Assembly (NCBI RefSeq): GCF_036321535.1
Contig: NC_087449.1
Location: 8,556,001 to 8,620,000, forward strand
DNA length: 64,000 bases
DNA from: Camelus dromedarius
Taxonomy: Eukaryota
Direction: 5' to 3'
Shown here: positions 11,241-22,810 of the stretch, piece by piece
Layout: each line of letters starts with the position of its first letter
Position numbering within the stretch: position 1 is the stretch's first letter
The notes under the pieces: model-generated
Databases searched by the model: none
What the model was told of the DNA's origin: nothing
The model's input: only the letters and a program-made list of their open reading frames with translations
Position numbers and translations under genes: made by a program

Positions 11241-12819
11241 CAAGACAATTCATTATTTTCGTAATAATGTATCTAAAGTTTGGAGTCCAGACACACTGAT
11301 GGACCCAAAGAACACATTACAGCAGTTGCCTACAGGGTGAGGGAGGGGAGGAGGTGGCAGGAAGAAATGGGGATAAGGGGAAAAAGTGAATGAATAAAGG
11401 GAATAAAATGAATAAATGAATGACAATGAGAAAAAAGGCATCACACAGACTGCTCACCTTCCACTATGAATTGAGCTTGTGAAAAACAATAAAACCTAGA
11501 AATTATTAGGCTGTGCGGTGTGTACACTGGAGGGCACGTAGCTCACGTGGCTTTAGGGAAGACTTCCTGACAGAGGCGGCCCTCAGGGAATTTCCGGAGG
11601 ATGAGCAGGGTGAAGAGGGGTCAGCGACCCTCTGTGGACTATCTGTGTCTATATAAGCATGGATTATTGATCTTTTATCATGGTAAAAACAGACACAACA
11701 TGAGATCAGTGCTCTCAGCAAAGTTCAGCGTTGTCACTATAAGCGGCACAAGGCTGCACAGCAGGTGTCTGGAACGTTCTCATTTTCCACGACGGAAACT
11801 TTATACCCATTGAACAGCAACTTCCCATCTCCCCCGCCCCCCATATACTTATATAATTTCAATATCTTGTTCTCCTTCCACCTCCTGCAGAGGAACAGCT
11901 ATTTAAAGGCATGAGGGAGAACAGGAAGTAGGTACCACCTCCAAGGAGTGGGCTGGCAAGATGTCACGTGATTGTCAGACAACAAAAGGCCTTACAAATT
12001 ACACTAAGAAAATTTGATGTGTCTGGAGCAAAAGGAAGCCAATGGAATACTTGGTGTAGGAGCACGAAATGGTCAAGATAGCCCCTTCACAGCCATCACT
12101 CTGGGGACAATCAGGAGGCCAACCAGAGCGAAGCCAGAAACAAGGGAGCCAGTCTGGAACAAATGGTAATCGACACAGAAATACAGATGCCATGTGGCGG
12201 CGGGGAGGGGTAGCGGGACAGGCTGCCAGGTGAAAAGGGACATCAGGGTGGGCAGGACAGGTGACAAGGCTGTGGACTGTCCCTTTGCTCAGTTTCACAA
12301 GACGAAGCAAGTCAGATCTCACACCTGCTGCTTAAGGAGAGGCGGTGAGCGTTCAGACAGGAGCCGCTCCGAGCGCAGGCACGGCCGGCTTGGCTGTAGT
12401 TTCCACACTGAAGCTGGCCTCCCTGGGGAAACCCTAGGAAACAGCAAGTGGGATCCTTCCTTTTCACAGATCGGTTTTGAGAGCAAGCAGAGCATGAATG
12501 AGAGTCCTGGAAAACAAGCTAAGGAAAGGCAGAGCGGGGGCTCTGAAAGCCAGCGTCCAGTGCAGTGCCACACATTCTCCATTATGTCATTTTTAGATGT
12601 GTCAGATATGGTAAATAAGCATGTGGTTCTAAAGAAACAATAAGTTTTGTCTCACTTTGGTTGTAAGGATCTTCCGATCAGGACCAGCATTTCTCTGAGT
12701 AAAGGACCACCAGGGTCCGGGACTTTGAGAGGGCTGGAAAAAGAGACTGACAGAAGACTAAGCCAGGCTTTGGACAGAGGTGAGATTCATGTTTGTATAT
12801 TTAAGAAAGAAATAAAAAA

Positions 12820-13540
12820 ACAGTTTTATTGAGATGTAATTCACACGCCAAAGCACCCATTTAAAATTTACAGTCAAATGGGTTTTAGGATATTCACAGA
12901 GTTTGCAAACATCGCCACACCACCATCTAGATTTACACTTTTATCATCCCCACAAAAAAACCCCGAAAATACCCTTATACTCATTAGCAGTTACTTCCCG
13001 TTCCCTATCCCAGCTCTGGACAACCTCTAAACTTGCCTGTTCTGAGAATTATATATGAATGAAATCGTGCAAGTATGTGGTCTTTTGTGACTGGCTTCTT
13101 TCACGTAGCATAACATTTTTGAAACTCATACGTTGTCATGTATGGTACTTCATTCCTTTTTATTGCTAAATAATATTTCATTATATAGATTTGCCAAATT
13201 TTGTTCATGCATTCATAAGTTGATGGAGATTTTGAGTTGTTTCCACTTTTTGGCCATTTTGTATAAAGCTCTCATGAACGTTTGTGTCCAAGTTGTTGCC
13301 TGGATCTAAGTTATTTCCCTTGGACGTGTATCTAGGGGTGGTATTGCTGTGATTAACACTTCAATGAGCTGCTTAATTGTTTTCCAAAGTGACTGCACCA
13401 TTTTATATTTCTACCAACAACATGTGAAGACTCTAATTTCTCTACATCCTGGCTAACGTTTGTTATTGTCTGTCTTTGATTATCCTCAACCTAGTGGATA
13501 TGAAGTGGTATCTTATTGTGGTATTGATTTGCATTTTTCT
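12820..13540 (-). mobile_element. L1MB-type LINE-1 3' region
   Basis: ttttattgagatgtaattcaca...tatgtggtcttttgtgactggcttctttcac...ttccaaagtgactgcaccattttatatttctaccaac...gtggtatcttattgtgg. Confidence 0.9.
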
Positions 13541-13669
13541 GTATGTATGTATTTTGAATCTGTTGACTCGAACTCTTTTTTCATTATTTAGAGAGGATAT
13601 TTTTCTCACACTTTTTAAATCTTGTAAAAATTTGCAAAAACTCTCCTGTCATATATTGATGCAATTACA

Positions 13670-14110
13670 CTAAATAACAAATAGTACAAGATTTAGGGGG
13701 CTTGAAACATTCAGCCTCTGTTCGTTTGTGATTTAGGCTGATCTCAGTCAGGCTTGTTTTTTTCTTTTTTTTTAGCTAGGTGGTTCTGATCCAAGCTCAC
13801 ACGGGTATCTGGGGGTTGGCTAATCTAGCCTGGCCTTGACAGGACACTTCAGATCTCTTCCATGTGTGTCCTGCCCCGCACCAAGCAAGACCAGACATGT
13901 TCTTCCCAGACAGTGGCTGAAAAGCATAAGCAGAAGTGGCAAGGTGCAAATGCTTTTCTGTGCCTTTGCTTCTGGTACAACTGCTTCTATACCACTGGGT
14001 GAAGCAAGTCAAATGGCTACACTCAGAACCAGGTGGCGAGGAAACAGGCACACTTCTTAATGGGAAGAACTGCGAGGTCTCGTGGTCACGGAAACCACGA
14101 GGGGGAGGCA
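13670..14110 (-). mobile_element. MLT1-family (ERVL-MaLR) solo LTR
   Basis: ccactgggtgaagcaagtcaaatggctacactcaga...cacttcttaatgggaagaactgcgaggtc matches old MLT1 LTRs in reverse. Explains the ORFs at 13797-14280. Confidence 0.75.
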
Positions 14111-14571
14111 CCCCCGCCATTCAAGGTGTCCGTCTTCCATGTATGTTACTCAGAAGAGGGATGGATTCGATGAGCGGGTCAGCAGCCGTGGCTTCGCTGA
14201 CCTCCCACACCAAAGCCACACTTGTCCTCACCTACGCCTGTGTGAAAAACAGATCCACTGGCTATTCTGGGGTTAAATAGTCCCCTGCGAAAAGATACTC
14301 TCTTTTTAAAAAATAAGAAAGATATTTGCATGGCAAATTAACTTCCTGTGGTTTGAAAACATCTCCAGTACCATAATGAAAACTCGGGGCAGACCTAGAT
14401 CAAACACAGTGGCAGGCGCTCTGAAATATTCCGGGAAGCGTTTAAACCTGCAGCAGATGACATGATTTAAGTATTTATAAATGTCATATCATTGTTTTAG
14501 GAAAAGCTAACAGAACTTCTTGCAGACATTTCAGGTCCTCCCAAAATCACTGCTATAATCTCTTTCCATAG

Positions 14572-14664
14572 ATTCGGCAAATGCGGAAGCAGCCGTATTA
14601 TGGGTCAATACCAGAGAAAGGACTCTCTGCGCAGATAGAGGATTCACAGTCCATTAAGCTTCAG
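14572..14664 (+). CDS. Candidate 93-nt phase 0-0 coding exon (IRQMRKQPYYGSIPEKGLSAQIEDSQSIKLQ), product unknown
   Basis: Acceptor ctataatctctttccatag|, donor CAG|GTCCGC (weak); open only in frame 0; CpG-richer than its flanks. Peptide not recognised. Confidence 0.25.
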
Positions 14665-15639
14665 GTCCGCCCTGATGTGGATTCCTCTGATGTATTACTA
14701 TTACATCCTATTTTTGTTGACTCAGTTACTATGTCAGCAAAACCAAACATTTGGCTTGCGGCCCAGCCTGGAGCTGTCTACGGAGGATATGTTTTTGCCT
14801 TTACCACCATGACAGTAATGAGCAACTGGCATTATTTTTATTTGCATAATTGTGTGCTTCCAACTCAGACTCTGTGTCAGTAGGAGACAACTTATTGTGA
14901 TGATACCCATGGCATATTATCTGTTTTGTGCTATCAGCATTTATTTATGTAAATTCCATCATTACAAGGGGTCATTTTCCAACCTTCTACCGCAAAATCT
15001 CATTCTCTGCCAATAAACGGGAGGAAAACACCACAGAAGAAGAGCTGGGTGTATTTTGTCATTCACAGTTGTTGGTCAAGGAGTCGGAAAGGGGGTTTCT
15101 GATGGTGGCTTGCTTGTTTGTTTTTTCAGACTAGTTTGCTTTAAGGACTGAGAGGTACGATGACACTCTGAAAGTCTGCCTGTGACCATTTAGAACTAAT
15201 GCCACCAAGGAAACATTCTCTCCCTCTCTCTCTCTGACATACACGTACACACATGCCACAAAGGGTATCTGACTCATCTAAGATTTTCTTTAAGAATAAT
15301 TTATGGTCTAAAAAAATATTTTGTGTTCCCTCGATGATAAGTAGAATGTTTTCTTTGATAAGAAGCAGAACGCTGTAATTTATTCATGCAAGAGATAAAA
15401 AGACAGAATAACTAACTAGGATATCCCACTTCTAAAAGTACCTGAAGGAATGACTAGGAACCATGCAGAACCTAAGATTTTGTGAACCAACTTCACAACT
15501 GTCTTCACCAAAAAAAAAAAAATTTCCCAGGTCAGTCTTGCATTTTGTTAGTAGAGGGAGAAGAGTCTTCTACACATTGTCAGTGTAAGTGGAGCTGTAA
15601 TTTATACATTTCTTTGATAGTTGTCTCTAGTTAAGCACA

Positions 15640-15790
15640 AAGGGACGTCAGCATTTAACCCTACTTCAAGGAATGACAATGTAGAAAAAAAAAAGAAAAA
15701 GAAAAAGGAAAGAAAACCCAGCAGTCAACCATTTTAAATCTAGCTGACACCTGTCAAAAAGAACCCTGACAAAAAGGAGGCTAATTAGAA
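15640..15790. promoter_or_regulatory. Putative enhancer with TALE homeodomain dimer site
   Basis: TGACACCTGTCA at 15745-15756 (reverse complement TGACAGGTGTCA, the PKNOX/MEIS/TGIF dimer motif), extra TGACA at 15767, CRE-like GACGTCA near 15645, TAATTA near 15783. Confidence 0.35.
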
Positions 15791-16639
15791 TGTTGCTTTA
15801 GTGTGCACTGGTAGTTCCCAGCCTCCAGCGTTATGGGAGGTCTGGAGCATGCTCCAGGCTGGCCAGAGACAAGAAAGAATGGAGGAAACAATGCACATGA
15901 AAAAAATCAACCAGAAATTACATCCCATATTTCCACAACCTCATATTCAACACTTGGCTTTGCAGAGGCTTTTAATGGTAGCCTGGCTGATCATTCAGCT
16001 CAAAAAAAAAAAAACAAAAACTCAGAGATGATCTCTTGAGGGGTGCAACATAAAAACCACATTTGATGAAATTTGTAAAGAATATATGATTTCCCTAGAT
16101 ACCTTTCCAAGCCTTAGTGCCAAACTGAGAAACAACAGAAAGATATCCTCCCACCCCAGACTGCTTAGTATGATCTGGTAATCATTGGAAAGAGTATCCT
16201 GTTAGGTATTTCATTTTTGCTTTTGTCTTTACTTAATTTTTGACACCTTGGTGGATAGGAGGGCACTGATTCACAGGAGGGAGAGAGATTGTGTTGGCTT
16301 GAAGGCATTGAACATTCATTCTTTCCTCTTGCATACGTATTTAGAGCTTCAACTCGTAAGCAAAATAGTTCTTATATTTTTCCCCATTGTCTCCATTTCA
16401 GTGGCTTTGCTCAATATTATCCTCTATTTTGTGTTTTGTAGGTGGAATGTGTCTATCTAAATCATTAGAATCTCTTGCCACTTTGACTTTTATTTAGACC
16501 ACCTGTGGTGAACGAAAATGTCCAAGAGATAGAGTGAGCAAAGGGTGGACGCCATGATGTACTGCAAGATTGTGTGATTAGGAGTTACCAGACAGGATGT
16601 CATCCCCGGACATTTGTACTATTTATGTAACATTTGGCA

Positions 16640-16730
16640 GCCTTTTAACATGTTGGCTCCTCAGTCTTCTCGTTTGTAAAATGCAATGGAGAGCTGTCAG
16701 CATCCTTTTAATGTAATCTTTGAAATGACG
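16640..16730 (+). mobile_element. MIR core fragment
   Basis: ctcctcagtcttctcgtttgtaaaatg resembles the MIR core. Confidence 0.45.
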
Positions 16731-17803
16731 ATGTGATTTATGTTAGCGTTTGCCCGACTGCTTGCATTTGGAATAGAACTAGGAATGGAAAAGTGGGGTC
16801 ACTTGATGTTATTTCTTGTGTGGACAAGTTCTCAAAGGGAGAGGAAAAGGTGCTCAAAGAAACAAAGCCAGGCAAACAGAGCACACGTCCTCTTAGGAAT
16901 ACCTCCTCAAAAAGAGTTCAAATGCGCGACTGAGGAGAAAGGCAAAGCTGGCCAGGGGAGAATAGCTGGGGGCTGCGAAGGTCTGGCACCGCTTCATCTA
17001 CAGTGGGGACTGACACCGCGCGCGTGTCAAAGAGAGAGTGCAGCCTCTCTGAGGAGCCCACCGTGTACTTAGAGGCGTGGAAGTTGAAAGGCAACAGGAA
17101 ATGTTACCTAAAAGCCAGAAGGGCAGAACAATCACACTGGGAAGAATAATGACTAACACCAAGATGGGGCAAGACAACTGCAGGATGTAGTTTAAGAAGC
17201 CAAAACGAGGGAGACCCCCTGTGTGGCAGCTGAGCGAGAAGGACTGAAGGAAACGACAGTAGCAGCCAGGAAAAAAAAAAAAAAAAGTTAGTATGTTTGG
17301 CCACAGGGACTGACAGAGGCATCTGGAAACAATGAAAGGCGGAATTTATTTTGCTTTAGAAGTTTTCTTGGAAAATAACTCTCCAGTGGAACCAAACCCA
17401 TAATAACAATATCCTTAACATTTCACTTCTTGTGTTTTAGAAACTGATCTAAGAAACAAACACAACATTCTGGTTTTGTTAGTTAAGTGGAATTATGATT
17501 TACAGAAAAAGCCCTTGTAGGCTTTCTGATTTTCCTGAAGTCTTACCCCAATTTGAACAAGCCCAGGGCCTCAGAAGAGAGCTTAATGAATACTTCTTCC
17601 TCTGTTCCCTATAGCCAGTCTTTACTCCACTCACCCTCTCTTGGACATATGGAAACATAATGGGAGGAACGGAACAGAGGACTCGGTGATGTCTTTCCTT
17701 GTCTAATGACAAAGAAAAAACCCATGCTGATCATTTACAATATGTAATGTACTCATATCAAAGACAACATAATCAGAGAAGAGTGGGTTACAAACTGCCC
17801 AAT

Positions 17804-17813
17804 TGACTCAGCA
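17804..17813 (+). promoter_or_regulatory. ARE/MARE motif TGACTCAGCA (NRF2/BACH/NFE2-small MAF)
   Basis: Exact consensus immediately left of N block 3; palindromic E-box TCACGTGA at 18103-18110 on the other side. Confidence 0.45.
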
Positions 17814-17962
17814 NNNNNNNNNNNNNNNNNNNNNNNNNNNNNNNNNNNNNNNNNNNNNNNNNNNNNNNNNNNNNNNNNNNNNNNNNNNNNNNNNNNNNNN
17901 NNNNNNNNNNNNNNNNNNNNNNNNNNNNNNNNNNNNNNNNNNNNNNNNNNNNNNNNNNNNNN
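17814..17962. other. N block 3 (149 nt)
   Basis: Run of N seen directly. Confidence 0.99.
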
Positions 17963-20528
17963 CAACATATTTGGCCCTAATTGGTTCCCTCGGTGGCAAT
18001 CTCGGCCTATCAGCTAAGAACTGAGGGCACTTGGGAGGCTAAGCCATTCTCCCAGCCTGAGAGCTGGTGCTTCTCAGTACGAGCTGAAGGACATTGGCGG
18101 GTTCACGTGAGCGCTTTATATAGATATGACCTGTCTTTGGATAAATTGAGATTTTCTGTATTTAAGAGTATCACATTAGTGGCAAGCTTTCTTTTTTTTT
18201 TTTTTTTAATTAAGTTCTGTTTAGGACTTTCTTATTAAAAGGTGTTTCTTGTCTTCCTCCCCCGCTTCAGATCCCCTCCCCAAGCCTACAAAACCTAACA
18301 GGAAAAATATGAAATTTTATCATCTCAAAATTAAAAACCTGAATTACAAACATTGATGTTACCCAAAAGACAGACCTAGATTAAATGGGAAATTCACAAA
18401 AATTAACAGGTTGATAGCCTTGTTACTTTGCTGGATATGATAGAAACATCGGTAGAGATGGATAGATTTCCAGAGTATTCATATAAATATATATTTGAGA
18501 CAGCATTATTTGAGTACTTTTCTGCCAAAAATCAGTCTGAAATTGATCTTTTGAGATATGAGTGTTTCCATAGATTGTGGTATTGAAAGTACTGGACAAG
18601 TTCAAAATCAGTGAAGAGACATAAACACAGGGAAACTATGACTGGAGAATTCTAGGTTTGCTATAGAAGTGATCTTGCAACTAAACATGTCTCTCTTGGA
18701 CATTTGGCTATGAAGAAAAGCACGATGCAGCGTATTGCAAGATACATTCATCACATTTGTGGCACAATATTTGACTCACACTAAAAAGGTAAAGACGGAT
18801 GTAGATAATAGAACAAAGTTACGAAAAATAAACTTTAATGCAAAAAAAACTAAACTAAGAGAAGGGCTGGGCTCCAGTCATATCACTGTTAACTCTTTGG
18901 TCTTAATTTTTTTTTAAACTGCCAATCTGGAAATAAGGATATACAAGATCTCTTTCTAGCTCAGGAATTGTGAGATTCCTTTAGAAGACATTCCATTATA
19001 ATTTTTTTTTCTACTGATGTCTAATTTTGGTGGACTGGGACATGAGAAACCCGTTATATTTTATCTTCAAGACTTTTAACAAAAATTTGGAAGTGACAAA
19101 ACCTACGGAATTTATTAAATTGCAAATGTAGAAAATGAATCCCTGAGGATTCATTATGAGAAATATTTAACCAGATATATGGATAGTTTTAGTTTTATTG
19201 GTTACAGAGCCATATAAGAGGAAAGTGGACTTGTTGAGTAGTGTTGAAAAAAACAATGGGAAAAACTTCTAACATTTTTATAACAATGAACTTTCTCAAC
19301 ATAGATACCAAGGCCACAAAGATGCGATGCCTGAGTTGATAAAGTGTACTAATTTCCAACCACTTACGAATCAGAAAGATGGAGTTTTTAAAAATTATTT
19401 ACTGAGAGTAGCAGAGCACAATAATCTCTCACTTTCCACCTTCACTGTTAATAATTACTGTTGAATTGAGACTAACGTTGTGCAATGTATTTTGTGCAGG
19501 CTGTCTTTTGTTAAATTGCTTGTAGGTAAGGCTTTGAGGAGGCAAGGTCCCATGCACTATTCTCCAGCTGATGTCTGTGAGAGTATGTATAAACCAGTTA
19601 AGTCCCATGGGCATTTAAATAGACATCTTTTATTTTCTATGGTTGCTGTGTACGTGTTCAGCTCACACTGGTACAGAAGATCCTGTTCTAGGAAAGTACT
19701 CAAATGTGTTACGAAATCATGGAGGAGACAGCAGTGGTTATGTCAAACCACTCTGTGGTGCATGAATTCCCAATAAAAAGAACAGTTTAACAATAATGTT
19801 TATAAAAACACTAGTTCCCAGAGTGTTACCAATGAAAAAAAGGTTTGATATTCAGTTAACTTAGGGAATGTTGTGTGCTATACCCTCCCATTAGGGAGTC
19901 ACAGACCATAACGATCCTGAAGTGGGAGAGAAGCATTGTTTATGTGCTTAATTTAGGGTTTCCCACCCAAATCTGATTATAAATCAACTTTTCTCTTTAA
20001 TTCTTATTGATTTGTAGTCTAAAGAATGACATCTCTAGTAATGACATCTTTAGGTACCCTTTGCATGAGCACCCAGGGATTTTCCAGAAAAATGTGACAG
20101 TTTTCTAGCAAGTTCTTCCTTGTATTGAACTGGAATACTGGTTGCCTTCACCTGTTGACTGTTACCATGCACCCCGCAGACACAAAGTGAATGCCCACTT
20201 TATGGCAATATCCCAAACATGTTGAGTCAAGAAAAGAATTAATTTTATCTCTGTGGGTTCTCTTCTGCCCGCTGAACATCCTCAGTCCTTCAGATGTTCC
20301 TTCTATGATTGAGTTTCAGGAACACTCCCCATTTCTGGATATGTTCCTGTTTACTACTACCCCCTCTTAAGGGCAGCACTGGAGAAGGACACAGCCTCCC
20401 AGGAGGTTAGAACAGAGCAGAGCAGAGGGAGGCGATGCCCTGCTCTATGGAGTAGTCAGTCATTTGTCATGTGGTTAGGATTACTTGTTCTGCTTTTGCT
20501 GCAGAAGACTTGTAACAGATGTCTAGCA

Positions 20529-21147
20529 TGGTAATCAGAATTCGAAGACGGCCCCAAGATTTCCTGCCTGCCTCTTTTCCTTTCCTGAGCAATCTCTGGG
20601 ACTGTGAATATGACAGATTTTACTCTCATGGGCAGAGTACCATGTGGCACAGCTGACCTTAAATTAAGATGGGCCTGACATAGTCACACAAGTTCTTTAA
20701 AGGCAGAGAGGTTTCCTTGTCTGCTCCCAGAGCAATACGTCAGAGATGCCAAGCAGGAGTAGGATTCAAACAGTTGTTGCTGGCTTGAAAATGGAGGCGG
20801 CCACGTGGCATGGGATGGAGGTGACTTACAGTTGTTGAGAGCAGACACTGGATGACAGACAGTGAGGAAGCAGGGACTGTAGTCCTAAAACCACAAGGAA
20901 CTGAATTTGGCCAAAAACCTGAATGTGCTTGGTAGTGGTTACTTTTTTTATTACTTCAAGGTGAAAACTCAGCCAGGCTAACACTTTGATTTTGGCATCG
21001 TATGGGGCCATTGATTTGTCTCACCCTGAACTGAGAACAGAGTAACACTAGCAGATTTCAGACCTATAGAACTCTGAGCAAATAAATGGATATTTTTTAA
21101 GCCACTAAGTTTGCAGTAATTTGTTATAGAGCAATAGAAAACTAATA
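20529..21147 (+). mobile_element. MLT1E/F-type solo LTR
   Basis: Starts tggtaatcagaattcgaagacggcccc; contains ccacaaggaactgaatttggccaaaaacctgaatg; ends aataaatggatattttttaagccactaagtttgcagtaatttgttatagagcaatagaaaactaata. Confidence 0.9.
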
Positions 21148-22444
21148 AATCCAGATAACCGAAGCCCACCATCTTTACCATATTTTGCTTTTCTATGTGA
21201 TTTGTGATAAATGTCAGTAATGCATTTTCCATTTTCTCTGTCTGAACAGCTTTAGTATCCTACATAAATAAATATTACTTTCATGACTCCTTTTCTTTAC
21301 TTCCAATAAGATGCTGCCAGCTTGCAGCCATTCTCTGATTCATGGATTTCCCCACAGATTCATATTTATGGACGCACGGATTTGTCTTGCTTTTATTTTT
21401 TTACTTTCTTTAGATTTTTCATTAAGATATTGCCTTTCCAATTCTAGACTCTAAGTGTGAGGCATGACATAAATGATTCCATATTTATAACAACTATTTA
21501 CCTTTTCCTACTAAGTGCAAGTTTACTCTGTTTATTACCCAAATCCTAGTATTATTATGCTGATTGACCTCAAGTATTGATTATGACCTCTTTTCTTATT
21601 TGCTTTTTTCTTATGAATAACCAGGCATCTTCTATGCTATTAACTTTCTGATGCAGATTGTTGTCCTGTATAATAACCGGTATTAAAGATTTCTTTCATT
21701 TCTCCTCCTACATTTTATCTCCAACTTGAACAACTCTGTACCACTCATCCTTTGACCAGCTATCTTAGTCCCTCACTGCAATAGCATGAACCGAATTTAA
21801 GACCCACCTATCTGATCTAAGGTACCCTTTGGTATAGAAAGATTTTCACCGCTCATTTATCTTTCAGAATTGTAGCCTTAAAATGAACGAAAAGGTAGAG
21901 TTGTCATCTGGGGCCCCAAATCCTTCATTCTTATGTCTTAGAAAGTATTTTGTTAACTCTCTTCTGCTGGTTTTCCTTGTCTGCATGAGAAAACAATTAG
22001 AGATAATAGTTAGAGGGTCTAGTAAGAAGCCCCAGAAGCCTTCAATATCACATAAACCCTCTTCAAGAAGAAGCAAAGCCTTGAAGGGACAGTCATTAGG
22101 GAGGAGAGCTACCACATTCTTCTTGTTTTGTTTCTGAAAACCCTAGCCATGCCTTCTCAGTCTCCTTTGATGGCTCCTCCTCTTCTGTTGGGTCTGTGTA
22201 TCCACATCTCACTAGGAGCTCAGTTTGAGCTACAGTTTAGACTCAGATACGAAGTGAAGGGCAGTGTACTTTGCACACCATGTACATGTTTGATTGGCCA
22301 ACAGTAACATTAATAAACAATGAAATGGCCCCTTCTCTTCTTGCTTCTAATGGAGGTTAAGGAGTTATGGTTTGAAAATATGACTTTAACTATTTGATTT
22401 GAAAATGGCTGGTGACTTTGTTATTAAATATTGAAGATTCATAG

Positions 22445-22810
22445 CTTCTGTAGACTGAATGTTTGTGTATCCTCCCAAATTCATAGGTTGCAACCTGATC
22501 CCCAGGGTGAAGGTATTTGGAAATGGGAACTTTGGGAGGTGATTAGGTCATGAAGGTGGAGCCCGCACGAATGGGAGAGTGCTCTTATGAAAGGGGCCCC
22601 AGAGAGCTCCCCAGTCCCTTCCCACCATGTGAGGACACAGCAAGAAGACGGACGTCTGTAAGCTCAGAAGCCAGTTCTCACTAGACACTGAATCTGATGG
22701 CACCCTGATCTTGAACATCCCGGCCTCCGGAACTGTAAGAAATAAACGTCTGTTGTATAAGCCACCAGTTCATGGAATTTTGATTATAGCAGCCAGAATG
22801 GGCTAAGACT
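22445..22810 (+). mobile_element. MLT1A/MLT1A0 solo LTR, near full length
   Basis: gactgaatgtttgtgtatcctcccaaattcata...ccaccatgtgaggacacagcaagaag...ggaactgtaagaaataaacgtctgttgtataagccacc...gggctaagac. Confidence 0.95.

Noticed and set aside
12194-12643. 149-aa ORF in a GC-rich patch
   Set aside because: No recognisable domain, and overlapping ORFs on both strands are what locally high GC produces by chance.
1000-15000. Naming the host gene (considered MITF, RORA, PDE4D/B, FBXW7, TCF4 and other multi-promoter genes)
   Set aside because: None of the visible candidate exon peptides matches the isoform N-termini I can recall, so no symbol is given.
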